DNA of 64,000 nt from an uncultured Acidobacteriaceae bacterium (GCA_963738905.1 CAVTYG010000007.1:36034-100033); one strand, 5' to 3'. Counted from the stretch's first letter, positions 31,995 to 42,988 are shown. Numbers and translations are program-made. Notes: a model not told the origin generated them from the letters alone.

Positions 31995-33236
31995 TTACTG
32001 GATCGCGACCAGCTGCTCTTTCGCCGCGTAGTGCGACTCCACATAGTCGTTCAGGATTTTAGTGAACTCTGCCACGATGTGGTCGCCTTTGAGCGTCGTC
32101 ATCAGGCGGCCATCGACATACACCGGCGCCTTCGGCTCCTCGAACGTTCCGGGCAGCGAGATGCCAAGGTTCGAGTGCTTCGATTCGCCAGGGCCATTGA
32201 CCACGCAACCCATAACCGCGACTTTCATCTCTTCCACGCCTGCGTAGCGGGTCTTCCACCCCGGCATCTGCTCACGCAGATAGGTCTGAATCTGCTCCGC
32301 CATCTCCTGAAAGAACGTGCTGGTGGTGCGCCCGCAACCGGGGCACGCTGTCACTTGCGGTGTGAAGCTGCGAATGCCCATCGACTGCAGAATCTGCTGG
32401 CCAACGGTGACTTCTTCCGTGCGATCGCCATTAGGCGCGGGGGTCAGCGAGACACGAATCGTGTCGCCGATACCATCTTGTAGCAGGACTCCCAACGCTG
32501 CCGAGCTGCTTACGATACCTTTGGCCCCCATGCCTGCTTCGGTCAATCCGAGGTGCAACGGATAGTCGCAGCGCTTCGACAACACGCGATACACATCGAT
32601 CAGGTCCTGCACGCCACTTACTTTCGCGCTCAAGATGATCTGCTCTTTGCGCATTCCGTAGCTGACGGCAAGCTCAGCGGAGCGGAGCGCGCTTTGCACC
32701 ATGGCTTCCATGGTCACGTCGCGTGCATCTTTCGGTTCGTCTAGCTTCGAGTTCTCATCCATTAGCCGTGTCAACAACTGCGAGTCCAGCGAGCCCCAGT
32801 TCACGCCAATGCGGACCGGCTTGTCGTTCTCGATGGCGACTTCGATCATGGTCCGGAAGTTGTCGTCGTCCTTCTTGCCGATGGAGACGTTGCCCGGATT
32901 AATGCGATATTTCGCCAACGCGCGAGCGCACTCGGGGTATTTCTTCAGCAGAATGTGTCCGTTGTAATGAAAGTCACCGATGATCGGAACTCGTATTCCG
33001 AGACGGTCGAGACCGTCCACGATCGGGGCAACTGCTGCGGCCGCGGCGTCGTTATTGACCGTCACGCGGACCAACTCCGAGCCAGCCCTTGCCAATGCCG
33101 CCACCTGGCGAATGGTGCCTTCTATGTCCGCCGTGTCGGTGTTGGTCATGGATTGCACCACAACCGGTGCATCTCCGCCTACGCGGACCCCTCCGACCGT
33201 GGCGGTATATGTCTTTCTACGTTGTATCTGAGCCAT
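31995..33236 (-). CDS. ispG: 4-hydroxy-3-methylbut-2-en-1-yl diphosphate synthase
   Basis: 413 aa; [18 protein letters not shown], and the CPGCGRT Fe-S cysteines. Confidence 0.95.
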   Translation of the reverse strand: MAQIQRRKTYTATVGGVRVGGDAPVVVQSMTNTDTADIEGTIRQVAALARAGSELVRVTVNNDAAAAAVAPIVDGLDRLGIRVPIIGDFHYNGHILLKKYPECARALAKYRINPGNVSIGKKDDDNFRTMIEVAIENDKPVRIGVNWGSLDSQLLTRLMDENSKLDEPKDARDVTMEAMVQSALRSAELAVSYGMRKEQIILSAKVSGVQDLIDVYRVLSKRCDYPLHLGLTEAGMGAKGIVSSSAALGVLLQDGIGDTIRVSLTPAPNGDRTEEVTVGQQILQSMGIRSFTPQVTACPGCGRTTSTFFQEMAEQIQTYLREQMPGWKTRYAGVEEMKVAVMGCVVNGPGESKHSNLGISLPGTFEEPKAPVYVDGRLMTTLKGDHIVAEFTKILNDYVESHYAAKEQLVAIQ

Positions 33237-33536
33237 ACAGGTAGCTTTCAGTTTAACATGCTGGCCCTTTGCCTCTTAGCCGGTTTCTGCCCGCCGGCGA
33301 CCGGTAAATATTTACCCTACACCCCGAAACCTCCTGTTAATATTGCACTTCGGCTGAAACTTCATAGTGCCACTGCCTGCCTTGTGGGCGGGCAATTTCA
33401 CCTGTGTTTTGCCGAAGTTACAGTTTGGAAACCGCTTGAAACTGCGTAGAGGTTTGCACAGACCAGCGGAGTTTCCAGGAGGGAAGGAACAGGCTCAGCA
33501 GACCGAAACACGCGGTCTGCGAGCTTCATCAGCACT

Positions 33537-34565
33537 ATGCCAGTCCTTGAAAAAAACAAACGCAAGTCGGCCCCATCTCCGAACCCGGCGCCAACCACCA
33601 AACCGGCACCGACTACGGGTCCGCAACCAGTCGCGAAAAACCAGCCCGTAACCCCCAGTTGGGTGGGGCGCGTTCCTCAGCTCAGGCCCGGACAGTATGC
33701 CGACGGCATGCCTATACATGTACCCGAGTACATCTGCTGCAAACTTATCCTGCGGCCCAACAAGTTCCATTCGCGCGACAGCTTCTTCGAGTTCGGTAAG
33801 GTCTTTAGGGAGCCCGCCAAAGAGTTTGGCGTGAAGTACACGACGGAGGGCTTCACCCAGCAGCCCGTCAAGATCCGTGAAGTGCTGTTCATTGATACCG
33901 AAGACTTCCGCCTCTACAACAACGCCTTCATCCTCCGACGCCGCATCCCCTACAAAGACGGATTTCCCATCGGCGAGCCCGAGATCGTGTTCAAGTACAG
34001 GGGTACCGATCTGCAGGTCGCGGCCGAAACCGACGTCCGGCCCAATATCCTCGGCGACCACCGCGTCAAGTTCAAGGTCCAGGCCCTGCCCCTGAAGGAA
34101 AAACTGGGCGGCATCCGTCTTCTGTACTCCCACAACGTCCAGTTCAATCGCTCGGCCATCGGACTCGGCCACGAGAACATCCGCGACATGGACGCATTGA
34201 TAGACATGCTCCCGGCGCTTGGTAGAGTCAGAAAGAACCCCAAAGAAGAGCTCCATATGGTCAGCAATACCATCGTAGAGGAAGTTCTCCAGGACATCGG
34301 CATGCTCGACTTCGGCGACGGACTGACCTGCAAGGCCAACGTTGCCATATGGCGGACCCGCGGCGAGCACCGCCCGCTCATCGGTGAGTTCGCCTACCAG
34401 TTCCGCTTTCAGGACCGTGACAAGCTCAGCAAGGATGCACTGCGCCGTACCGAATCGTTCTTCATCGGACTTCAGTACTCCGCCGAGGACTACATCAACC
34501 TGGGTGCCACCAAGACCGCGACGGTTTACCGCCTTCTTGGCAATCCACCTAAGTCGCACGAATAA
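33537..34565 (+). CDS. hypothetical protein with a P/T-rich N-terminus and a possible divergent CYTH-like fold
   Basis: 342 aa of normal composition. FIDTEDFRLYNNAFILRRR resembles the CYTH beta-strand pattern, but there is no EXEXK motif. The opposing 463-aa ORF looks like a shadow. Confidence 0.55.
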   Translation: MPVLEKNKRKSAPSPNPAPTTKPAPTTGPQPVAKNQPVTPSWVGRVPQLRPGQYADGMPIHVPEYICCKLILRPNKFHSRDSFFEFGKVFREPAKEFGVKYTTEGFTQQPVKIREVLFIDTEDFRLYNNAFILRRRIPYKDGFPIGEPEIVFKYRGTDLQVAAETDVRPNILGDHRVKFKVQALPLKEKLGGIRLLYSHNVQFNRSAIGLGHENIRDMDALIDMLPALGRVRKNPKEELHMVSNTIVEEVLQDIGMLDFGDGLTCKANVAIWRTRGEHRPLIGEFAYQFRFQDRDKLSKDALRRTESFFIGLQYSAEDYINLGATKTATVYRLLGNPPKSHE

Positions 34566-34590
34566 TTGCGACCTGGCTGTCATCTCCAAG

Positions 34591-34624
34591 GCCGAGACGC
34601 TCCACAAGGGCGCCTCGGCTTTTG
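34591..34624 (+). terminator. hairpin GCCGAGACGC-loop-GCGCCTCGGC followed by TTTTG
   Basis: Read directly; 26 nt after the stop of the 33537-34565 gene. Confidence 0.55.
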
Positions 34625-34898
34625 CTCGTTCCGGCTCTTCTTCGCTCTTCGAATGGGCTACATTTCCGCCAAATGCTGATAGTCCCGTAGAAAGAGGAAC
34701 TTGCACCGCTTTCAGGGTGAAAACTCCATGGGAACACCCGAGGCGCCGAATTGCTTCCTGAGCTGGGCTGGTAACGGCGTAGAATACAGTCCAAGGGAAA
34801 CAACGGACGGCATTTCGGGTTCCTAACGGTACGGGATGGATCATGCAGTATTCCTGTCTTTCCAGATCGGTAGCTGCCGAATCCAAGAAGGTTGTTCT

Positions 34899-36071
34899 AT
34901 GCGATTGAAATTCCAGATTTTCAGCTTGTGCGCGTTAGCATGCTTGCTGTTCGCGTCGCTTTCTGCTTCGGCGCAGCAGGGTTATCCATCTGACCCGGCG
35001 CCTGCCAGCGGAACCCAGGCACAGACGACATCGCAACCGTCAACCACCGCACCGACCGCCGATGCTCCGCCGCCTGCCGACGCCAAGCCCGACAAGAACG
35101 CGCCCAGTCAGCAGACGTTGAGTGCCATCGACTCCATCGGCAACCGGAACGTCGGATGCGGCAAGGGTGTGGGTAACTGGTATTCACTGGAAAAACAGGT
35201 TGCGATGGGCCAGCAATATTCCCAGCAAGTTGAGCACGGTGTGAAGCTGATTAGTGATCCCGTCGTTACCGAGTATGTAAATCGGGTAGGCCAGAACCTG
35301 GTACGCAACTCCGATTCAAAGGTGCCGTTCACCATCAAGGTCATCGACACGAATGAGATCAACGCCTTTGCGCTTCCCGGTGGATTTTTCTACGTGAATT
35401 CCGGCTTGATCCTCGCTGCCGACAACGAAGCCGAGCTTGCCGGTGTGATGGCGCATGAGATTGCGCACGTCGCCGCTTGCCACGTGGCTCGCGAGCAGAC
35501 TCGCAGCAACATCGTCAACCTCGCCAGCATTCCGCTGGTGTTCGTTCCCGGCGGATGGGCGGTGTACGAAGCCACTCAGGTGGCCATGGGCATCGGCGTC
35601 CCGCTCACCTTTATGAAGTTCTCGCGTAACTTCGAGACCGAGGCCGACTTCCTCGGCATGGAGTACATGTACAAGACCGGTTACGATCCGCAGTCCTTCA
35701 TCTCGTTCTTTGAGAAGATCGAGGCGCAGGAGAAGAAGAAGCCCGGCACGCTGGCGAAGGCGTTTTCGTCGCATCCTATGACTCCTGATCGTGTGACCCA
35801 TGCCCAACAGGAGATGGCGACGGTGCTGCCTCCCCGAGATGAGTATGTGCTGAACACCTCGGAGTTCGACCAGGTGAAGGCGCGGCTCGCCTCCATTGAG
35901 AACAAGCACAAGCTGCAGAACGACAACAGCAATAAGGACCGTCCGACGTTGCGCCGCAGCACGGCCGACAACCCGACCAATACGACCCCTAACGGTACGC
36001 AGAATGACGATGACCGTCCCACGCTGAAGCGCAGCGACGGATCATCGAGTTCATCGTCGAGTTTCAATTAG
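34899..36071 (+). CDS. secreted M48-family zinc metallopeptidase
   Basis: Signal peptide MRLKFQIFSLCALACLLFASLSASAQQ; HEIAH zinc motif (MAHEIAHVAACH). Confidence 0.85.
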   Translation: MRLKFQIFSLCALACLLFASLSASAQQGYPSDPAPASGTQAQTTSQPSTTAPTADAPPPADAKPDKNAPSQQTLSAIDSIGNRNVGCGKGVGNWYSLEKQVAMGQQYSQQVEHGVKLISDPVVTEYVNRVGQNLVRNSDSKVPFTIKVIDTNEINAFALPGGFFYVNSGLILAADNEAELAGVMAHEIAHVAACHVAREQTRSNIVNLASIPLVFVPGGWAVYEATQVAMGIGVPLTFMKFSRNFETEADFLGMEYMYKTGYDPQSFISFFEKIEAQEKKKPGTLAKAFSSHPMTPDRVTHAQQEMATVLPPRDEYVLNTSEFDQVKARLASIENKHKLQNDNSNKDRPTLRRSTADNPTNTTPNGTQNDDDRPTLKRSDGSSSSSSSFN

Positions 36072-36093
36072 ACAGTCATCGTTTCGTGATGTG

Positions 36094-36125
36094 AAAAGGC
36101 TCCCTGAATCGGGAGCCTGTTTTTC
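36094..36125. terminator. bidirectional terminator AAAA-GGCTCCC-TGAATC-GGGAGCC-TGTTTTT between convergent genes
   Basis: Read directly. Confidence 0.6.
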
Positions 36126-36154
36126 TTCGTGTCTCATCGTTCAAGGTGTTTGGG

Positions 36155-37300
36155 TCAGTGGTTATAAGCTCCCATGTCGCAGGCGCCGGAGTGAGGACGC
36201 GGATGGCCTCGCTGATCCACCAATAACCGGTGACCACTGGGGTCGGTACAGCCACTCGGGTTTCCTGCATTAATCGCTGGACTGCCGACAGCCAAGGCCA
36301 TTGTCGGGGTCGGGCCACCATTGTTCTGCAACGCTCCTAGCTTCGGATTGATGTTCTTCTGATCGCCGGGACCGTTAAGACCGCATGTGCCGTCGCTGCT
36401 CAGATTGTGACCGCGCGAGTAGGCGCTGCCATGGCAATTTCCGCCGTAACTGTTGTTGGCAAGAATGCTGTTCTGGATTGTCGATGTGCTTCCCCCGTTT
36501 GTGTAGAGACCGCCGCCGTAGGTGCCAACAGTGCCGAAGGGAGTGCGAATAAGTGCACCATTCTGGCTGAGAGTGCTGTTGTCGATCGTTACGGTGCCGC
36601 TTTCGTTGGCAATGCCACCCCCTGACGGTACGCGCGCCGGCCAGTTATCGACAGCTTGGTTTGCGCTCAGCGTGCTATTGGTAACAGCCAATCTTCCCAC
36701 GTTGTAGATGCCCCCTCCGGCGGAGCTGCTGTTCAAGTTGTAGCTAGACACGACATTCCCGCTGACCGTGCTTTGGAGTACCGTCAACGTTCCGGCATTG
36801 TAGATGCCGCCGCCCAGCCCGCCGGCAGCTGAGGCTTTGTCATCCGAACTATTTCCGCTTACCGTCGTTTGCGTAATTAGCAGCGTCCCCAGGTTGTAAA
36901 TACCGCCACCACCGTGGGAAGTGCCCGAACCATTGCGTATGGTTACATCGGAAAGACCCACATGGGCGCTACCGTAGGTGATGGCGATTACCGAGCCAGA
37001 GTGCCCGCCATCAATGATGGTTGTCTGAGCGCCCGAACCAACAATCGTCAGGTTGATACCTATGCTGAGATTCTCTCGATAAGTGGCGGCTGCGACGATG
37101 ACTGCATCACCCGAGGACGAAAGCGCCACGACACGCCGAATCGTCTTACAGGCGGTCGCCGGTGATTTGCAATTGTTGCTGTCGCGGCCATGCACGCCAT
37201 TAACATACCGGGTCGTGCTGGCGACAACGTTTTGACTCACGCCAGGTAATAGCGTCAGAAACAGCAGGCCTGTGAAAATCTGTTTACAGCTCAACATCAT
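36155..37300 (-). CDS. secreted right-handed parallel beta-helix repeat protein
   Basis: 381 aa; signal peptide; repeated GGGIYN.G.L.V..ST.S.N units; C-terminal ..DQRGHPRP..CDMGAYNH tail. Confidence 0.75.
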   Translation of the reverse strand: MMLSCKQIFTGLLFLTLLPGVSQNVVASTTRYVNGVHGRDSNNCKSPATACKTIRRVVALSSSGDAVIVAAATYRENLSIGINLTIVGSGAQTTIIDGGHSGSVIAITYGSAHVGLSDVTIRNGSGTSHGGGGIYNLGTLLITQTTVSGNSSDDKASAAGGLGGGIYNAGTLTVLQSTVSGNVVSSYNLNSSSAGGGIYNVGRLAVTNSTLSANQAVDNWPARVPSGGGIANESGTVTIDNSTLSQNGALIRTPFGTVGTYGGGLYTNGGSTSTIQNSILANNSYGGNCHGSAYSRGHNLSSDGTCGLNGPGDQKNINPKLGALQNNGGPTPTMALAVGSPAINAGNPSGCTDPSGHRLLVDQRGHPRPHSGACDMGAYNH

Positions 37301-37624
37301 TGCTCTCCGTTTGTTGCAATTGGAATTTGACGACGACGCAGACTTGCAACTGGAAGACGGAAGGAAGAGTCCTAACTAGCGATCGTCCGCGCGCGGCAGG
37401 TCAACTCTTAAGATCCACCCCTTGTGCGCAACCAGTTGACGAAGTACGCACGCGACTGTGGCGGGACAGCCGAGCATCTACAGAAACGAGACTCTCGAAT
37501 ACACCTCGTAAATAGGTTGTTGGGAATTGCGCGTTCTAGATACAACTAGCGGATCGTCGAGCGAAGAGGAAGACAGCGGAGGCAAATACGTCATCAAAAG
37601 TAATCAAATAGACATGACTAATGT

Positions 37625-37642
37625 GTGATATGTAAATATCAC
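37625..37642. promoter_or_regulatory. perfect inverted repeat GTGATAT-GTAA-ATATCAC in a long AT-richer spacer
   Basis: Read directly. Confidence 0.2.
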
Positions 37643-37779
37643 CCGTTGGATCCTCCGATTGGCTTCGCTCCGTGGTCAAGCTGTGCAGCGCGATCGTCAA
37701 GGCCAAGGCGGGTTCTTGCTCCGCTTCGTGGTGACAAAGCCGGCCTGTTTTGTCACTCTATTCGGTGGGACTGGGTAGT

Positions 37780-38703
37780 ATGTGCTCGCTGAAATCCCGT
37801 ATCGTTTTGTCTCTGGCATCGATCTGTATATCTTCGTGCGTCATCGCCCAAACCTGCGGCTCAGCGGGTGTGGCGGTTCAGGTACTCGGCTCCGGCGGCC
37901 CCGAATCGCAGGACAAGCGTGCCTCCACTAGCTATCTGATATGGAGAGACGGCATTGCGCGTGTTGTGCTCGACTCCGGAGGAGGCAGTGCTCTACGTTT
38001 TGGCGAGAGCGGCGCGCAAATGTCTCAGGTAGATGTCTTTCTCTTCAGCCATTTCCATGTCGACCACAGTAGCGACTTCCCAGCTTTGATCTTTTCTTCC
38101 TGGTTTGAAGACCGCAAGCGCCCCTTGCCGATTTACGGCCCTCCGGGAAACGATTTCATGCCTTCGACGACCGAATATGTAAACGATATGTTTCGCGATC
38201 CCCATGGAGCCTATCGCTATCTGAGCGACCTCGTGGGCCCGACGGTTGAAGGGACATATACATTACAACCGCACAACGTTGAGGCTGGCTCGACCCCGGT
38301 TCTCGTCTTTCGTAACGCCGGCATGTCCCTGTACGCAGTGCGTGTCATTCATGGTGCTGTTCCGGCGCTGGCGTGGCGCGTGGAAATCGGCGGCAAGCGC
38401 ATCGTTTTTAGTGGGGACACCAACGGCGAAGGCGACGGGTTAACCCGCCTGGCATCGAATGCGGACCTGTTCGTCGCTCACAATGCTGTGCCGGAGGGTG
38501 CGACCGGAGTGGAACGCAATCTTCACATGCCGCCTTCCGTCATTGGAGTCATCGCCGCGAATGCTCACGTCAAGCAATTGGTGTTGTCTCATCGCATGCT
38601 GCGGACCTTGGGCAAAGAGAATCAGACTGAAACTGAGATCAAGCGCCATTATGCAGGCCCAATCACTTTCGCCAACGACCTCGACTGTTTCCCGGTGAAG
38701 TGA
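37780..38703 (+). CDS. secreted MBL-fold metallo-hydrolase
   Basis: HFHVDH (HxHxDH) motif and a signal peptide. ATG 37780 is preferred over TTG 37750. Confidence 0.8.
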   Translation: MCSLKSRIVLSLASICISSCVIAQTCGSAGVAVQVLGSGGPESQDKRASTSYLIWRDGIARVVLDSGGGSALRFGESGAQMSQVDVFLFSHFHVDHSSDFPALIFSSWFEDRKRPLPIYGPPGNDFMPSTTEYVNDMFRDPHGAYRYLSDLVGPTVEGTYTLQPHNVEAGSTPVLVFRNAGMSLYAVRVIHGAVPALAWRVEIGGKRIVFSGDTNGEGDGLTRLASNADLFVAHNAVPEGATGVERNLHMPPSVIGVIAANAHVKQLVLSHRMLRTLGKENQTETEIKRHYAGPITFANDLDCFPVK

Positions 38704-38769
38704 GCCCTGACGCGGTTGACTTGGACTTCGACAAATCCTATCCTTCACGACAGTCAACTGGGGTAAATC

Positions 38770-40362
38770 ATGAAACTACGCATACTCGCCATGCTGCCGT
38801 TGTTGTGCTGCGCGCTCGGATCCAGCCAAGCGCAATCAGCGGCTGCCGAAAAGCTCGGAACCGTGGACTTTCCCGTCTCGTGCGCGCCCTCGCAACAGGC
38901 TGCATTCAACCGCGGTATCGCTCTACTGCACGACTTCTGGTACGACAAGGCAGAAGCGCAGTTCGAGGCGGTTTCAAAGGCCGATCCGAGCTGTGCGATG
39001 GCCTATTGGGGTCAGGCGATGAGCATCTGGCACGAGATCTGGGATCGTCCCAGCGACGCTACGCTTGCCAAGGGACTGGGTTTGGTGCAGCAGGCACAAA
39101 AGGCCGGCGCGAAGACACAGCGCGAGCGCGACTACATCAACGCGTTGGCGCAGTTCTACCAGAACTACAAAACAGCCAATTTCGAGACGCGTGTAAACGC
39201 GTATTCGAGCGCGATGGAGCGGTTGCACGAGGCATATCCCCAGGACCACGAAGCCGCCGCGTTCTATGCGTTGTCGCTGCTGGCTGCGGCGCCTCCGCGC
39301 GACATGACGTTCGCCAACCAGAAGAAGGCTCTGGCCCTGCTGAACGAAGAATTCGGGCTAGTGCCGGACCATCCTGGCATGGCGCATTACATCATTCACA
39401 GTTGCGACAGTCCGCAGATGGCGGCTGACGGCCTGAAGGCGGCGCAGCGCTACGGTGAAATCGCACCTTCGGCTCCCCACGCTGCGCACATGCCCGGACA
39501 CATCTTTGCCCGCCTCGGCATGTGGCCGGAAGACATCCAGGCCAACTTGGCGTCGGTGGCGGCGGCAGAGGCCTCCGGCTCATACGGGCACGAGCTGCAC
39601 GCCATGGACTTCTTGAACTACGCATATTTGCAGGTTGGCGAGGACGACAAAGCAAAGGCACTCGTGACCAAAGTGCAGAGCATGGATCCCATGGCCGGCC
39701 ATGATATGCACGAATATCTCGACATGGCTCGCGCGGGATTCCCCGCCACGTTCGAAATCGAGATGCGCCACTGGAAAGAAGCGGCGGCGCTGGATCCCAA
39801 GTCGGCCGGCAAGCCAGAGAATGTTGCCATCACCTATTGGGCGCGTGCGGTAGGGAGCGGGCACCTGCACGATGCATCCGCCGCAAAGACAGACCTGGCA
39901 CAGTACGACGCCATGATCGAAGCCGTGAAGAAATCGCCCGAAGCCTATATGGCCCAGTACATGGATACGGGCCGCGATGAGATTCGCGCCTGGATCGCAT
40001 TCGCGGAAGGGAACAACGACGAGGCGGCACAGATCATGCGCAAGGTCGCCGACAAGCAAGACATCTACGGTAAGGGAGAAGTGGAGATTCCTGCCCGTGA
40101 GATGCTGGCCGACATTCTGCTGGAGTCGAACCATCCGCAAGATGCGCTGGCGGAGTACGAGCGCTCGATGAAGATCGATCCCAACCGCTTTAATGAGCTT
40201 TACGGTGCGGCCCGTTCGGCGCAAATGACGAAGCAAACCGCTACGGCCGAGAAATATTACGCGCAGCTGGTGAAGAACTGCTCGGAAGCGAAGTCCGATC
40301 GTCCTGAACTTGCCCGGGCGCGAGCGGAACTGGCAGGAAAAGCGGTCGAAGGCGGGCAATAA
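38770..40362 (+). CDS. secreted tetratricopeptide-repeat protein
   Basis: 530 aa; signal peptide; helical repeat pattern with A/Y/L spacing throughout. Confidence 0.7.
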   Translation: MKLRILAMLPLLCCALGSSQAQSAAAEKLGTVDFPVSCAPSQQAAFNRGIALLHDFWYDKAEAQFEAVSKADPSCAMAYWGQAMSIWHEIWDRPSDATLAKGLGLVQQAQKAGAKTQRERDYINALAQFYQNYKTANFETRVNAYSSAMERLHEAYPQDHEAAAFYALSLLAAAPPRDMTFANQKKALALLNEEFGLVPDHPGMAHYIIHSCDSPQMAADGLKAAQRYGEIAPSAPHAAHMPGHIFARLGMWPEDIQANLASVAAAEASGSYGHELHAMDFLNYAYLQVGEDDKAKALVTKVQSMDPMAGHDMHEYLDMARAGFPATFEIEMRHWKEAAALDPKSAGKPENVAITYWARAVGSGHLHDASAAKTDLAQYDAMIEAVKKSPEAYMAQYMDTGRDEIRAWIAFAEGNNDEAAQIMRKVADKQDIYGKGEVEIPAREMLADILLESNHPQDALAEYERSMKIDPNRFNELYGAARSAQMTKQTATAEKYYAQLVKNCSEAKSDRPELARARAELAGKAVEGGQ

Positions 40363-40409
40363 GGACACCGACCCGATCTTTGTGACTAGGGGTATAATCC
40401 GGCTCACAG

Positions 40410-42986
40410 ATGCCACTGGAACCGGGTTCCAAGCTAGGTCCCTATGAGATTCTCGCGCCGCTAGGGGCCGGCGGGATGGGCGAGGTCTATCGCGCCCGCG
40501 ACAATGCGCTGAAGCGCGAGGTCGCCATCAAGGTGCTTCCTGCCTTCTGGTCACGCGACGTCGACCGTCTTCGCCGTTTCGAACTGGAAGCCCAGGCTGC
40601 CGCCGCACTGAACCACCCGAACATCGTTTCTATTTTTTCCATCGGCCAGCACGATGGCTCTCCTTACATCGTCACCGAATTGCTGCAAGGCGAGACGCTG
40701 CGCGACCGGCTTCGCCACGGCCCAATGCGGTTGCAGGATGTAATGCGGTTCGGTACAGATGTTGCCCGAGGATTGGCCGCAGCCCACGCGGAAGGAATCG
40801 TTCACCGCGACCTGAAGCCGGAGAACATCTTTCTGACGAAGGACGGGCGCGTGAAGATCCTGGATTTCGGATTGGCCAAGCTCATACCGTTGCAGAAGCC
40901 CGGTGTGGACGGCCCGACCGTTACTTATCAGGAGTACACGAGTCCTGGTGAGGTACTGGGTACTGTCGGCTACATGTCGCCCGAGCAGGTGCGGGGAGAA
41001 TCGGCCGACACTCGAAGCGACATCTTCGCAGTCGGAGTGATTCTGTACGAAATGTTGACCGGAAAGCGGGCATTCCACAAAGCGACCTCGGTGGAAACCA
41101 TGACCGCCATCCTGAACGAGGACCCGCCGGCAATCTCACAGAGCATGCAGATTTGCCCACCCGGTCTCCAGAAGATCGTCAGCCGATGCCTCGCTAAGAA
41201 TCCGGAGCAGCGCTTCCAGCACGCCTCTGACTTGGCGTTTGCGCTGGAGGCCCTCTCTGACTCTGGTAGTACCGTGATGACTCGCGCGCAGCCCGAGCAC
41301 ACCTCCACTAAAAAGTGGGTTCCGATTGCTATCGGCGTTGTTGCGCTGGCAATCGCCGGAGCGCTTGTTTATTGGGCGACGCGGCCCGCCGGGGTTCCCG
41401 TAGTGGAATCCATCACCCAGATCACGGACGATGGACGCGCAAAGGGCACGTTCAACAGTCTGCAAACCGATGGTTCACGGTTGTACTTCAACGAAGGCAG
41501 GCGCGGCGACCTTCAGATAGCCCAAGTCGCGGTTACGGGTGGACCGGTTTCGATTATTCCTACACCCCTTGTCGATGCGCAGCCCACGGGCATCGCCCCG
41601 GACGGAACATACCTCCTGGTGATACAGGGAGGTGCTGCTCCTCCGTCCAAGCCAGTTTGGAAAGTGCCGCTGCCAACCGGCGATCCAGTTCGATTGGGGA
41701 ACATAAAAGGGCAGGATGCCTATGTCACACCCGACGGCCGCATTCTTGTCTGCGATGGCGGCGATCTGTACGTTCTCGAGAAAGACGGCTCCAATCCGCG
41801 GAAGCTCATCAGCGGAATGAAAGGATTCATCGGCAATCCGAGTATGTCGCCAGACGGGAAGCAAATCGTCTTCTCGTTTTACCTGGATTCCAATCGCGGA
41901 GTGGACCTGTACATTGCGAACGGTGATGGCTCGGGAGTCCGCGAATTAGCGACAAACCCGAAAGGCTTCTGCTGCGCGAATTGGACAGCCGACGGTCGCT
42001 ACATCATCTTCGAGACGAGAGCGACCCTGGTACAGGACTTGTGGTATCTGCCGATGCAGACCGGCTGGTGGCAACGACATGTTGAGCCGAGAAGGCTCAC
42101 AGCCGTGCCGATGTCGATTCACGATGCTGTTGCGAGCCGCGATGGAAAAACAGTATTTGCGCTCGGAACTAAGGAACGGGGCGAGTTGGTTCGTTATGAC
42201 ATGAAGACGAAACAGTTCGGTCCATTCCTGGGAGGCGTCTCGGCAAACGACGTAACATTTTCCAAGGATGGCCAATGGGTGGCATACCGGTCCTTTCCAG
42301 ACGGTATTTTGTGGCGGAGCCGCGCTGACGGAACCGATCGCCTCCAGTTGTCCTATGCGGGCGTCGGCGAGAGTATCAACTTCTCACCCGACGGAAAGAG
42401 TGTCGAGTACGACTCTGGCGGCAAGATCTTCCTGATAGGAATGGAGGGCGGCGAACCCAAGGTGCTCGTCGATGACGGAAAGTCCGGCGGGGCGGACTGG
42501 TCGCCGGATGGCAAGCATCTCGCGTTCTATTCCGGCGGAAACATGACGGTTCTGGACGTGGGAAGTGGCCAACGCTCGGACTTGGGGAATGGGGGCGGCC
42601 TTTGGGGACTACGCTGGATCGGCGAAGACAAACTCGTGGGAGCAGTGGATGTCCGGTCAGCATTCAAGCTGTTTGATCTAAAAACCCACGCCTGGTCCGA
42701 CTGGGCGATTGAGCCGAAGCCCAATGCCATCTCACGGTGGGGTGTGTCTCCCGACCAACAGTATCTGTATTACGCAACCAGCGGCACCGACCCGCAACTC
42801 ATGCGCGTCCGAATTGGCGAGACCAAGGCGGAGCCCATTGCAGACTTGAAGGACTTCCACTTCGCCATGTTCATTCAACTCAACGGCGGCGATGTGTGGA
42901 TCAGCTTTGCGCCCGACGGCTCACCCATACTAACGCGCGACATCGGCTCGCAGGAGGTTTATGCGCTGTCGGTAAAGTGGCCGTAA
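40410..42986 (+). CDS. serine/threonine protein kinase with one TM segment and a TolB/WD40-like beta-propeller
   Basis: 858 aa; GAGGMGEVY, HRDLKPEN, DFGLAK, GTVGYMSPEQ; C-terminal repeated SPDG/TPDG/APDG propeller blades. Confidence 0.9.
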   Translation: MPLEPGSKLGPYEILAPLGAGGMGEVYRARDNALKREVAIKVLPAFWSRDVDRLRRFELEAQAAAALNHPNIVSIFSIGQHDGSPYIVTELLQGETLRDRLRHGPMRLQDVMRFGTDVARGLAAAHAEGIVHRDLKPENIFLTKDGRVKILDFGLAKLIPLQKPGVDGPTVTYQEYTSPGEVLGTVGYMSPEQVRGESADTRSDIFAVGVILYEMLTGKRAFHKATSVETMTAILNEDPPAISQSMQICPPGLQKIVSRCLAKNPEQRFQHASDLAFALEALSDSGSTVMTRAQPEHTSTKKWVPIAIGVVALAIAGALVYWATRPAGVPVVESITQITDDGRAKGTFNSLQTDGSRLYFNEGRRGDLQIAQVAVTGGPVSIIPTPLVDAQPTGIAPDGTYLLVIQGGAAPPSKPVWKVPLPTGDPVRLGNIKGQDAYVTPDGRILVCDGGDLYVLEKDGSNPRKLISGMKGFIGNPSMSPDGKQIVFSFYLDSNRGVDLYIANGDGSGVRELATNPKGFCCANWTADGRYIIFETRATLVQDLWYLPMQTGWWQRHVEPRRLTAVPMSIHDAVASRDGKTVFALGTKERGELVRYDMKTKQFGPFLGGVSANDVTFSKDGQWVAYRSFPDGILWRSRADGTDRLQLSYAGVGESINFSPDGKSVEYDSGGKIFLIGMEGGEPKVLVDDGKSGGADWSPDGKHLAFYSGGNMTVLDVGSGQRSDLGNGGGLWGLRWIGEDKLVGAVDVRSAFKLFDLKTHAWSDWAIEPKPNAISRWGVSPDQQYLYYATSGTDPQLMRVRIGETKAEPIADLKDFHFAMFIQLNGGDVWISFAPDGSPILTRDIGSQEVYALSVKWP

Positions 42987-42988
42987 GC

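Noticed and set aside
33495-34886. 463-aa minus-strand ORF covering the whole 33537-34565 region
   Set aside because: Its composition is G/A/V/R/D/L-rich and low in complexity, typical of an antisense shadow in GC-rich DNA. It has no motifs and runs through both flanking spacers. The plus-strand ORF has ordinary composition and its own terminator.
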